The notes under the pieces were generated by a model. It did not search any database. It saw only the letters and a list, made by a program, of their open reading frames with translations, and had not been told where the DNA came from. A stretch of DNA of 64,000 nt from Raillietiella orientalis (taxonomy: Eukaryota). Both the position numbers and the translations under genes were made by a program. This document shows, in pieces, positions 51,111 through 62,593 of this stretch (within the stretch, counting starts at the first letter, position 1; every line of letters begins with the position of its first letter). The stretch spans positions 2,046,001 through 2,110,000 of the forward strand of contig JAYWIR010000036.1 in NCBI GenBank assembly GCA_036172245.1. Direction: 5' to 3'.

Positions 51111-53154
51111 TCATCCAAAACCAACATCTAATGTCATCATAACAACAAATCCCAAAATGGCACTTAGGGACGATCTCTTTCCATGTCCACTAATGAAACA
51201 TAAAGAAATACATAAACAGAAATGATCTGAAAACAAACAAACAAACCTTGTGTGGGCTTCTGGAATAAGATCATCTAACACCACAAAGACCATAGCACCT
51301 GCTGCAAATGCCAGAGCAAACGGCAGCAACAATTCAACTGATTGTACAGCAACAACTCCTAAGAGACCAGCAACTGGTTCCACTACTCCACTCATCTGTC
51401 CGCACCTGAACGGATTTCACTATTAAAGTGCTGCATCTAATAAGTAGCAAGTAGATGTGTACCAGAAACTCCAGAAATTTGAAAAGCCTGCACTCTTCAT
51501 TGGTAAAGACACAGCCAGACCCTCTGGGAAGTTCTGGATGGCAATGCCAACTGCTAAATTCCTAAAACACAATTTTGGCCACGGCTCACAGCTCAAAACT
51601 CTTCTGGTGCCTACCTCGCATTATCAAATATGTGTGAGTCAGTGTCATTTAAGCTGTGCACTGATGCAAAGGAGACCCCAACCACTAATCCTTCTGTACA
51701 AACAATGGATGAATTTGCTGTAATTACAAAATTAAAAACAAACCGGGAATGTTATGAAGTGTAATGGCTAAAATTAAGAGAATAAGTCTCCGTAATTTCA
51801 GGGAAACATGTTTTTCATCTTCCCATTTCTTTGGTTCTTCTAATGAAATGTATGACTGACCACGGTACCTCACATTAGGATCATAAAGGATGTCATACTA
51901 GAAAAACACACAGCTACTACCAGGACCATTAACTCTACTCACACCTATTTAGTGTGCACAAACAAGCATATTTTCCTAAAACTTTCCGAGTAATCATCAT
52001 AATTGCGAAAATTATAGCATGTACATTGAAAGTTTAAAAACATGACTTTGATTTACATACAGTATTCATCAACATCACTTGCCATTGTTATTATTAATGG
52101 GTTTGTTTACTGATTTCACAATGCTTTTATCAACAATAGTATTCAAATTTAGCTTCTTTCTTATTTCATAATACCTGGGTCTCTGGCACTTTAGAATACT
52201 GATCTTCAGGCTTTTGGTTTTTATGACCATCTTGATTTCTCAGATACAATTTCCATGCTAAACAAAACAAACTGTAAGTATGTATTCGAGATGTAAATGC
52301 ATGATGGTTTACCATCTACGATATTGTTTGTTCTCAGTCCCAAATTTTCAAGCACATAATTAATCCTTTCAACAAATAAAGCTCCAACTAAAAAGGCTGC
52401 TGCTACTATGAGGTATGGAAATTTGATTCCGATGTATAACCGTTCTGCTAATTCCAGTGCTGGTGCAAGAAGAGACCAATAAGAAGCTGCGAGCATCACC
52501 TTCACATGCATAAGAAAATCAAAATATTTTCCAAATGCTGAAGATATTGACTTTTGCTAACGCTTACTTTCAATACAAAAATACCTTTTCGGTTTCAATT
52601 AAATGGTTTTAAGCTAAATGACTATCACAAGGTAAAATCAAACGAATCTGTTTCCTTTAGAAATGTCTCTGTTGAAAGTAAATATTCTCAGTTGCCTCAC
52701 ATTATGGAACACAACTAGGAATATTTCATGAACCTTTTTGTAAAATTAAAGTCATTGAAAGTAAACATTACCCCTGCTGCAAATCCTAGACTGGAATCCA
52801 AAAATACTCGCTAAAAAAGATTTTTGCTTCAATGAATCAATAAAGAAAAAAAACTTGTGCACATATTTTCCAAATAAATTTGACACAGTATCAACTAATT
52901 ATTATTGATCAGCAAACGTTATATTAAATTCCAAACAATGCAAAGATACATGTATATGTATATGTATATATATATATGTGTGTGTATATATATACATATG
53001 TGTTTTTTCTTTTTTTTTCTCTCAGATTTCATCGACAGGTACTGACTTCAGAAGGATCAATGATATACACTAGGGCTGCTCCAAAGGCAGTGAAGCTCCA
53101 GGTGAAGAGGGTCCCTAAGAGTGTTTGCTGGTAAGCATTCAGATGCTGAATCAT
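51111..53154 (-). CDS. SLC39A11: Zinc transporter ZIP11 (GufA subfamily), multi-exon
   Basis: ATG 53154 MIQHLNAYQQTLLGTLFTWSFTAFGAALVY|RVFLDSSLGFAAG|VMLAASYWSLLAPALE...LILLILAITLHNIP|EGLVVGV...NLAVGIAIQNFPEGLAVSLP...GQMSGVVEPVAG..ALAFAAGAMVFVVLDDLIPEAH..LGFVVMMTLDVGFG*; GT-AG introns in phase. Confidence 0.96.
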
Positions 53155-53492
53155 GCTATCTATTTCTCCTCAAATGGAATTTTTCCAAAATTTGGAAGAA
53201 TTTTTTGTCCCCGGGACAGGTCACCCTACCATCACTTGCTTCACAAACGTTTGAAAAGCGTGGCACAACCTGGAAACTTCCCAGCTGTTACCAAGACGTG
53301 CACCATTCCAAAATATTCCATTCATCGCTTTCATAACAATCGCGCGCGGAGCATTGTTGCCAACCACTTGAAATTCTCGATTTCATCGGCTTACGCTTGT
53401 CCATCTATTACATTTGTATATTTTGAATAGGGCTTTCCGATCATTTCAAGCATTGGCATTCCATGTGAAATTGTAAGTACGTTCCACTCATC

Positions 53493-54026
53493 ATGCCCCC
53501 AAAAGCAACCAAGAAGGGACCCAAAGCCAAGCCCGGTCCCAAGGACCCCGCCAAAGACGGCGCGAAAGGAGGGCAGAAGGGGGCCAAAGGTCCCGAGCAA
53601 GTCAAAGGGAAGAAGGATGTGGAAGGCAAAGGAGCCGGGGAAGTGAGAGAACCTATAGGTCCTTATGCATGGTGGAGGAACTTCTGGGACTGGCTCCTGA
53701 CAGATGAACCGACATATAAGCAGATCACCGCCATGGCGATTTTGCTTTTTATTCTCGTTAACATTCTGTACTACTGCATAAGAATATGCGGCAAAAGAAT
53801 ACGTAAATGGAAGATGACGAAACAGGCGTGTAGAAGAATTAAGATGGCTTATAAATCAGCTTGCACTTCACTCAAGGCATGGACTTGCCCCATAGAAATC
53901 AGACTGAGGAGGAAAGAAGACAATTTTCACCACATTGTATTCCTTCCGTCGGAATCTTTGTGCATACCCGTAAATTCCAAAAACATGTGCGATGTCAATT
54001 TATGTAACAACGATGCCTTCAAGTAA
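53493..54026 (+). CDS. Orphan single-pass membrane protein (177 aa), K/G/P-rich N-terminus
   Basis: Long ATG ORF in moderate-GC DNA, strong context (atcATGc); MPPKATKKGPKAKPG.. low-complexity head, aromatic WWRNFWDWLL, TM-like ITAMAILLFILVNILYYCI followed by a basic cluster. Head-to-head with ZIP11, ~340 bp apart. May splice onward at aa|gtaagt (54023). Confidence 0.6.
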   Translation: MPPKATKKGPKAKPGPKDPAKDGAKGGQKGAKGPEQVKGKKDVEGKGAGEVREPIGPYAWWRNFWDWLLTDEPTYKQITAMAILLFILVNILYYCIRICGKRIRKWKMTKQACRRIKMAYKSACTSLKAWTCPIEIRLRRKEDNFHHIVFLPSESLCIPVNSKNMCDVNLCNNDAFK

Positions 54027-54739
54027 GTAAACGTATGTAACATTGTGCACCTTGATTTGTCAAGGTTCCCTGTTTTGAAAAGTGCTTCTCTGTTTAAAAG
54101 AAAACATGCACTAAGTATGTATATGGTCATAATTTACCAGTCAGCATCCTCAGATAGCAAAATTTGACTGCAAACACTTTCCTCTTCACGTTCAAAAAAT
54201 TCTGATAATGAAAAGAGCTTGCAAGAAGATTAGTAAGTAATAAAGGATCCAGCACATGCCGTTCCAAGTAACCTTAAGAAACGTTCTGATTCCTCATTTC
54301 GAAGTTAGGAGGTCCTCCTTTGGTGTTTTTTTTTGATTAGTATTATTTCTTCTAGTTGTTGTTGGTGTTTTTCTGGTGTTCTTCTAATCAGATTCGGTTC
54401 TACAATCCGCAGTCAATTTTTAAATGTGGATCGATGTCGCTTGTGCACAAACGTACAAGCATCCGAGTTTCGTTTTTTTGTTTCTTTTTTTGTAAACAGA
54501 ACTGTATTTCTAAATGATGTTTTACTATGTTTGTCATTCTTGTGGTTCAGCTGACCTGCCTCACAGAGAACTAAATCATCACAGAGGCGGGGAAAAAAAT
54601 TGGTATCGAAAACAAACATCTCAATGAGATTCCTTTCATGTATCCATGCTTTCCTTGAGCATCCGAGATTTTCCTTGGGACTCTCGTAAAGGACTCCAGC
54701 ATTACAATAGTCACGGGAATCAGTTGAAACAGAGTAACT

Positions 54740-55350
54740 CAACTTAGAATTTGGGCTTAAGAGCAAAGTCTCCAGAGGGTTCACAGTTTTCCATTCCAGT
54801 TGCTATTATTGCTGAGGTGATTTGAAAAAAGCAGATTGAGCAATCATGGTGTGTTTCATATGCAAAAAAAATATCCGAATACAGCACATCACTGTGTTCC
54901 ATTTGATCTCCTGATTTGTTAGTCCAACAAGAACTGAACTCCAAGGGCCTCTGTTGCAACAGATCAGTTTCACATTTTCTCACTTTGCCTTTCCAGATTA
55001 GTTGAGAATAAGTGCTCCCAGGAAGAAAAGTTCTCAAAAAATGCACATTCCGTTACGAATTCTTCATATGTCGTGAGCAAAGCTGCATTTCTTGTGCAAG
55101 TTTGTCAGCTCCAGTGCCCACTGGAGCTAGAAACCCTGGTAGCCCTCGCGAATCGCCCGTGCTTGAGCAAAGTGACTTCCAACCTCGGAAAGACCATTTT
55201 CCTTAGAATGACCGCCTCGAGAACGAATGATGCTGGCGCGACGCGAATTCGCAGACTCGTTCAGGACATCACGGTGATACGGAAGTCTTCCGTTCCAAAG
55301 ATGACACCGAATTGTTCAGTTGATTGAGCTATTGGCGGCTTCTTCCTGAC
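54740..55350 (-). CDS. Candidate highly divergent CHD/SNF2-family ATPase lobe-1-like gene or pseudogene (partial model)
   Basis: Joining 55183-55135 and 55082-54989 across a 52-nt GT-AG intron gives VGSHFAQARAIREGYQALLTTYEEFVTECAFFENFSSWEHLFSTNLER, resembling the CHD1-type F..LLTTYE....D.AF.....W....VDEAHR segment (from memory); downstream PWSSVLVGLTNQEIKWNT and QLEWKTVNPLETLLLSP need weak splice sites. Confidence 0.4.
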
Positions 55351-56634
55351 GCTTCTTCGGAATCGCAGTTGGATTTTTCCTTTTCCTTTTTGTGACAGGA
55401 ATTCGGCGCCGGAGCACCAGATGTTCTCAACATTGGAGTTCTTTTTAGAAAGGGCAGTCGAGTTTGGAAATAGCCGTGTTTAATTTATTAAGAAGGAAAA
55501 TCCACCTGGAGTGCCTACGTCAGAAAGTAAGAGGAATGCTGGTAGATGGTCACTCGATGCTCCTCAGTGTCAGAGCGCTTTTTCTTGTCCTCTCCAGAAT
55601 TAGGAAGCAATTCTTCCATATGAAACTATTCGGTGAGTGCGAGACAGGCCAAGTGCTTTGCCGAGGTAGGGCCGATTCGTAGTCTCGTTGCGAGTCTGGA
55701 AGGACTCGCGTTGGTCCCAAATCGTCCGAGTAACCATGCAATAGAATTTCGCTCATTCCGTTCATTAGTGAGGACCCTTTCAGACCGTGTGTCCATGAGC
55801 TTTCTTTCTTCGGAGGAGGAAAAAAACTGCACCCAGAGAGTGAATGAGGAACCGAATTTTCCTTCTCCTTTTTTCCAAAGTTGCAACCATTCAGATTTAC
55901 GAAACTCATTTAGTCGACTATTTCAACATCAGAAACGCAAAGTGTTGATAGCAGTATCCACTACTGATGGCTTTCCTTGCCTTCGAGGAAGCTTCCATGG
56001 GACACGAACTGCTGGGCTATCAAAATTCATCCGAGAAAAAGTTCGCGCTCCCCCACGGCTCTGTACAGCAAGGTCAGACGAGCAAAACAGCCAAATCAGC
56101 CTAGGCCACCCCTTCGTCCTCTGCTGCACGAACGCGTTGCCATCAAGCAGCTCCGCGCCGGTCATGCACATACCTGAGCTTTCCGAGTGGAAGCTGAGAA
56201 CATGCCGAGATCACCGAAGGAACCGTGCGGGAGAAGAAGGAAACCCGGAAGTTCCTGGCCGTCCGACGAGCGGGGGCCACTCGCGCGCGCTAGGTGGCGG
56301 CGCTGCATCGTACCGCGCCACCGGCCATCGCTGCAGGCAATCACGGGGGTCGCACGCCGACCACGGGGAAAACCACCACCTGCATTTGCGTCTCCCCACG
56401 TGCAAGGGGTTAGTCACGTCTCAGGTCAGCGTGCTTTGCTTCATAGGAACGATCACCACGTTGGCGACAGAACTCTGAATTGCATTCCTGAAAACTTCTC
56501 AGTTCCGGCCTGCAACGCTTGCTGACCGCTTTTCAAGAGCACGGGCTGCAAGGCGGATCAGGGCGGATGAATTTGTTGCCTCCGGTCCATGATAGCAAAG
56601 CGAGCCTCGTCCTCCAGCACGGGTCGGTCTAAAG

Positions 56635-57331
56635 GTGCAATCCGAATGACCACCTTCTTGGAAAAGAGGTTCCCGTTGGTGCATGAGCTCGTGCCCGGAC
56701 AGTCGTTTGAAACCCGGCTCTTCTGCCTCAGGTTGCTGAGTACCTGTCTGAACGGCGCCGAAAGGTCCATCAACTTGTGTCTTTTCGTCCTCACTTGCAA
56801 GGAAATCACGGATTTACTCCTGGAAGCCATCCAAAGAGGGATCACCGTCCGCCTCATAACCGACAAGGAGATCAGCAGCAAGGCCCGATCGGAGATAGAA
56901 AGACTCAGGGAAGCAGGTGGGGAGGCAGCTGTCCGCGCGAGGCCGACGGGCGATTGACCGGACCGCTTCCAGGAGCTCAGATTTGCATGAAGTCCTCTCC
57001 TTATCTGATGCACCACAAGTTTGCCATCGTGGACGAGCGGATTCTGATCTGTGGCTCGCTGAATTGGACCAAGCAGGGGTTGTGCGGTGAGTCTGCCTTC
57101 GGAAGGGGAGGGATCAGAACGGAGAGGTGAGGCGACCCTTCCTCAGGCAACCACGAGCACCTGCTCATCACGAACGAACGGCGCATCGTGCAGCCGTTTT
57201 ACAAAGAGTTCCAGAAGCTCAGGCACAGCGCTTCGTTGCTCTCGGCGCAGTCTTTCTCCGGAAACCAGCCCCTCCTCCCAACCTACAGCCTAGACTATGG
57301 TTACGCTTCGGACAGATTGCTGGATTTCTGA
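56635..57331 (+). CDS. PLD6: Zucchini/mitoPLD (PLD6)-like nuclease/phospholipase; 5' end unresolved
   Basis: LNGAERSINLCLFVLTCKEITDLLLEAIQRGITVRLITDKE..SEIERLREAG| (intron 56917-56972) AQICMKSSPYLMHHKFAIVDERILICGSLNWTKQGLCG|NHEHLLITNERRIVQPFYKEFQKL..; single HxKxxxxD plus GSxNWT, the PLD6/Zuc architecture; stop TGA 57329-57331. Confidence 0.87.
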
Positions 57332-57559
57332 ACCGAAATGGGAAGCTATTTTTTCCTGCGGAAGAACGAGACGGAGCGACCCTCTTGGAAGCAACCAAAC
57401 GTGACACGGAATGGATCGCCGATACGGCCACCAACGGAAGCAGAGCACATCTTTTGGGAAACATTCGCCGACGAGTTCAGAGAATCTGCAACGTGAAAAA
57501 CACAAACACACACACACATACATAAAAAAAAAAAATAACATTTGAAGATTTCTTGTAAA

Positions 57560-58400
57560 AAGGACTGACGTAATTATTTGAAAGCAAAAGCCACCGTTTG
57601 GACCAGCTGCATCTCCCTTCAAATAAGGGAGATCCGCTACTGCTTTCGTTTCCTTTCTCGAATGCAACTGGACCAGTGCTTCATACAGTCTGTGGTTAGC
57701 CCGTCGATTGGTTTCTTCGGGGATGCGTAATACAAATCCACCTCGCCACCTCGTCTCTGACACATCCTGTGAGACATACGCCTGTCGCAAATGAGAAACG
57801 AAACACTGCCTGTGCTCGTCCTTCTTGTCGTCAATAAATGCGTCAGATTCCATCCTCAGAATCCAAGAACTGCTTTCTTTATTTGTCTTGTGGTTAGGCA
57901 ATCCGATGCTTCCTTGGTTCAGCTTTCTGTTTGCTTCCATGCAGGCGTCGTTTTTTCTTTTCTTTTTTTGATAGATATCAGCTTCTGGTCGTGGTCGGCG
58001 GATAGTAGTTGGCAATGAGCAGAGATACCTAGTGCCGCTTCGGGCTGCTCATGGGTTCCGAGTGCAGGATCCGTCCCGATCCGACCGACTCCCCTGCATC
58101 ACGAGGTCGTTCGCTCCTTGCTCTTGTCCACCTCGCAGACTGCCCGTTCGGCTGTCTTCACTTGTCCTGTGTTTCGTTTTGTCCCTCACACAGCTGGTCC
58201 TCGACCCGCTCCCCGTCGAGACGGAACCTTCTGCGAGAAAATGGGCAGCAGCATTTCTGGGAAGCACCCGCAGGCAAACTTGCCTCTGGTTCTTTTGTTG
58301 TCGCTGTTGTTGTATTGAGTTCCACTGCTAAGAAACTTCCCCATTGCTGAGAAACTTTTTGCGCAAACGCCTCTTCTCGAAAGGCTGAAGGCGGCGATGA
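57560..58400 (-). other. Possible orphan multi-exon gene convergent with PLD6
   Basis: 241-codon open frame 57290-58015 with a charged, protein-like part (EADIYQKKKRKND..RLYEALVQLHSRKE) and phase-compatible short introns upstream; no family recognised. Confidence 0.3.
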
Positions 58401-58880
58401 GATGGAGAAAGGGCAGCGGCTCCCGCGGCTCGGGCACCACGCACCATACGAAAAGCGAATCACAGGGAAGACGCACCTAGAGGAAAACCAGGGATCTGGA
58501 GCTGCGATTATTCCGAGAATCCCCGGCTCCTTCCAGAGAACCACAGGAAGAAGGTATGAAGATAGATCAAGGCTGGTAAAGGGAGCAGAGAGCTGAGACA
58601 GAGCCACTTCCTGCTCGCTGCATGTGATGGTGCTATCGGTGGGCTATCACTGGTGGCTCTGTCTCAGCTCTCTGCTCCCTTTACCAGCCTTGATCTATCT
58701 TCATACCTTCTTCCTGTGGTTCTCTGGAAGGAGCCGGGGATTCTCGGAATAATCGCAGCTCCAGATCCCTGGTTTTCCTCTAGGTGCGTCTTCCCTGTGA
58801 TTCGCTTTTCGTATGGTGCGTGGTGCCCGAGCCGCGGGAGCCGCTGCCCTTTCTCCATCACATGCAGCGAGCAGGAAGTG
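58401..58880. repeat. 207-bp inverted repeat (58401-58607 / 58653-58859) plus offset 26-bp inverted repeat (58605-58630 / 58855-58880)
   Basis: No mismatch found between arms; the ORF track gives identical peptides on opposite strands in several frames (MALSQLSAPF.., MEKGQRLPRL.., MRLPCDSLFV..); 45-nt spacer. Confidence 0.97.
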
Positions 58881-60448
58881 TCAAAGTCTGGTTTCTGGAA
58901 ACAAGAATGACTGGTGAAATCGACTGCTGGAGAAAGGAAAGATCGACGAAACGTGGCGACTGCAGAGTCGGGCAGAGAAAGAAAACGCACACTTTGCAAA
59001 AAGATGAGCTCATGACGTGCGCGCTCAGAAAGACAGCGGCGGACATCGGAGCAAAATATGCACGAAACTGAGACAACCGACAGCCGTGAGTTCTTGCAAA
59101 AGGACGTTCTCACGGGCGGGCAAGAACTGGAGCAAAACTGGAGCAGCGCTCGAAGGATTCCGCGCTCGCAACGGCTGGATGTTCTTACTTGAGCTGCAGG
59201 ACAAAGACAGAGTTCTAAATTCTTCTGGGTTGCACAGGAGCACCAAAACTGCAGCTTGAATCTCCTTATTGGGGACGTGCCGCGGTGGGTGCGTAGTGCT
59301 CTAATGATTCATAAAGGCAGAAATGCAGAAAGGCGGTGCTGGGTCAAACGAAGCTTGCCAACAGACATCGCTTTTTTAAGTTTCAAAAATGGCTTCAAGG
59401 CTGCGACGGTGATGGATGAGGGGAAGTCGGGTAGGTGGGAAGAAAAGGAGCTAGCAGGAAAACTTACGATAGAAATTTCGGATCCTCCTTCAATCCGTTG
59501 TTTGATCGGCTGAGAAAACTCGCACAAAAGAACACGGGGTACACAGGAAAGAAACCGAAAGGAAGAAAGGTACATTTGGAGGCCCTGCTAGTTGCACAAC
59601 TGAGACTCGTGGAGGGGTACGGTTGGTCAAGCAGTAGCCGCCGTTGCGAAGAGATCAAGCAGAAATACGGTCCGACGAGGGAAAAGGATCGACATGGAAA
59701 AGAGCCCACTGTAGGTTTTAACGACAATGTCTGATGGCATTCTCCATGAAACCATCGTTACCTTTTGCGGTGGCATCACGACTTTCTTTGATTAAAACAC
59801 TTGACCTGCATCCGCCGGCCGATCTTGCTCCCCAAAACTTGGAGACTGCGGAGTCGGAGGGAACCAAGGAAAATCATGCGTGAAGGAAAAAGGTCCAGGA
59901 TGGCCAACGAAAACGATAACGTGGGTGCAGAAAATCTAGCCATCAACACTATCAAGCACAAGCCCATAGTGATGGAACTTATAACTGTTCTTCTCTTAAC
60001 TCGGGTTCAAAAAAAACTACAAGTATGGACATCAATTCCATACCGTACTGACTACGAAGAACAGAAAATTTCGAAAGGGAGGGGGGAGAACCACATCTCA
60101 AGCTCGAAACTTGGACAAGCTCAACCGGTGCCTTCACGCACTGATAAACCCTTTGCACACTCGTGTCCTGCGAAAGTAATTCGAATCCAAACAAATTAAG
60201 ATTCCAGTACAACTATAGGTGAAAACAAATCTGGCAAAGCATGTGTATGTGCATATACATATATATAAATATATATTTAAAGATTACATCGAACCATCGT
60301 AGGCATCAGGATTTTCTTTAAAGCTTCAAACTGCGTAATAGAAATCCGAAGTCAATATCTCAAACATACACTTAAAGGCAGAATCCGAGGCCACCTTTCT
60401 AACATTTCTCCACCAGGCCTGGGTGAACCAACAGTGTTCTTGGGAGAG

Positions 60449-62593
60449 TTACAGGTTGATTATTTCAACTGAATACTGTTCATTAGGTTTGCGTTGTACC
60501 AAAGGGCGAGCATTTCGGAAGTGCTGAATCTCTCCCTCAAGTGCATTCAGCTCTTCAAAGAACCTGATCTGCAGACCGCTTAAAACAGAATCTTTAAAGC
60601 ATACAAGTCACAAACCTGATCTGCCACAATTTCTGCCAGTTCAACTGCAATGTGATGGAATTGCAGATCAGTGCTGTGAATGCACTGGTTGAGATTGCAA
60701 TCCAGGAGCACACACAACCAATTGATTACTGACAGAGCATCTGGCAAAGCTTTTTCCAGAGGACTGCTGGATCGAAGCAAGCTAACTAGGTGCTGCATAA
60801 GAAGTACACTTTGGGAAAAAGGTAGCAAGTTCGCATGTTGATGCAACAAGGAGAAATTAACTGGCAGTGAAAGCACTTGATTGATCACAGCAGGCAACTC
60901 AGAAATTTCTCCTTCATAAACTTGGGAACTCAAAACCCAATTTAACACTGCCACTAGCATATCTTCTGGAATGTCCTTAAAACTACTGAAGCAGTGCATC
61001 AAAGCACCCTCATCTTTTTGCTCAATGCATCTGCTCACCAACTGACGGCAAATGCTATGAAAAACACTCAGGAGATGTGGCTGCTTCACTTACATGGATT
61101 CTGGAAGCCCTGTCTGCTGCTGCTGGACATAAACTGACTGGAAAGCTGGATCCTCAAGATTGGCGGCTTCTGTGAGTTCCCAAGTTCCATTTTCATGTGG
61201 TGCATAGAAGTCAACTGGATGTTCTATAACAAAAGAGTCATTAAACAATATATGGTAATGATCCTGGATTTTCACCTGGAGGTATTTGCATTCCTCTCAA
61301 CAGAGTGGAAAGGCGAGAAGGGGATAATTTAAAACAGATAATCATTAAATTGCTTGCAACCACCACATAGAGGTAGGCATTTACTAGCCACATTCCAGCA
61401 GGTGTGGTAAAGGTCTTGATCTTTTGTTGTGAGGCACACTGCTGAAACTTGGTGTCCCAAATCTGTAAGACTCCACCTGTAAACACCACAAAAGATTTCA
61501 GGTCTATGATCTTTTGAATACAAATGTAGGACTCACCATCCTTCAACCTGGTCTCTCCTAGAAGAGCTAGATATGGTGTTTGTAGCAGTAGCAATACTAC
61601 ATCGTTTTCCAGATTGAAAGAAGGAATCTGACCAATCACTTGCAACTGAACTTGCCAACTATTATGTTCAGTTAATTCAATGAAGTGAGATGTCAGTACA
61701 CCACCATTTGCTGCAAATATAATTAGCTCCACAGAAAGAAACAAAAAGAAACTTACTTAAAGTAAACAGAACAACTGAATGATCAGAGTAACTTAATTGG
61801 ATGCTATGTACAGACTCCTTGGGAAGATCAATAGGCACGTGAGAATGTAACCAAGAGCCACTATCCTCAGAAAATTCAAGAAGGCGGACATTGTAACTCT
61901 GAGGGAGAAAAGGGCATTAATCAATTACACTTCCACCTTAACCCTCCAAGATGAGGAATGAGTTACATACAAAACTTACCGATTCTGAGAGTAAGGCCAA
62001 GGCTATCCATATTTTCCCACTGCAATTACAAACACAACACTTGAGAATTTTCTCCTGTGCAGCCAGTAAACTGTCACCAGGTTCTTTACGGTCTTTAATG
62101 GCATCTGCAAGATGAGATACACTTCCGTCTTGAAACACAATGAATGCTTCGAGATTATGGAACAAAAGAGAAAATATTTTCTTGGTAAACTGAAAAGACA
62201 TTAAACTTCAATGTTTAGTAACAAAAAGAAAAAAAAAACACCATGAACTTCCGAAATTTGCTTGAACATTCATCAGTTTCCTTCCACATACACAAAATGT
62301 TTTCATTGACAATTGCAAGATAGGAAGCAGAAGATGCATGCCATGTAACACTATGACTGAAAACTTGGCCTTTGGGAAGATTCCAATTCTTTATTGCTCT
62401 TCTTTCTCTCACCTGATTAAATGAATTGTTATGTGCTATCAAATAAAATACAGCTGCTTACATCATATTTCACAACCATCTGAGGACCAATAGTAACAAT
62501 AACATACTCCTTTTGATCTGCTTGGGTTACACCCAAAAATTCATCAGCATTAATTCCTGTACAGAATGTAATAGGCTTATGCAGTATGGCCAT
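60449..62593 (-). CDS. NOL11: Nucleolar protein 11 (NOL11, SSU processome component), multi-exon
   Basis: ATG 62593 MAILHKPITFCTGINADEFLGVTQADQKEYVIVTIGPQMVVKYD|VRERRAIKNWNLPKGQVFSHSVTW..YLAIVNENILCMW..IVFQDGSV..; GGVLQIWDTKFQ; DIPEDMLVAVL; INWLCVLLDCN; ends QYSVEIINL* (TAA 60449). Matches my recollection of the NOL11 N- and C-terminal patterns. Confidence 0.85.

Noticed and set aside
61055..61093. Apparent stop readthrough between NOL11 ORFs 61090-61275 and 60580-61089
   Set aside because: Explained by an in-phase 39-nt GT-AG intron (gtaagt..tcatag).
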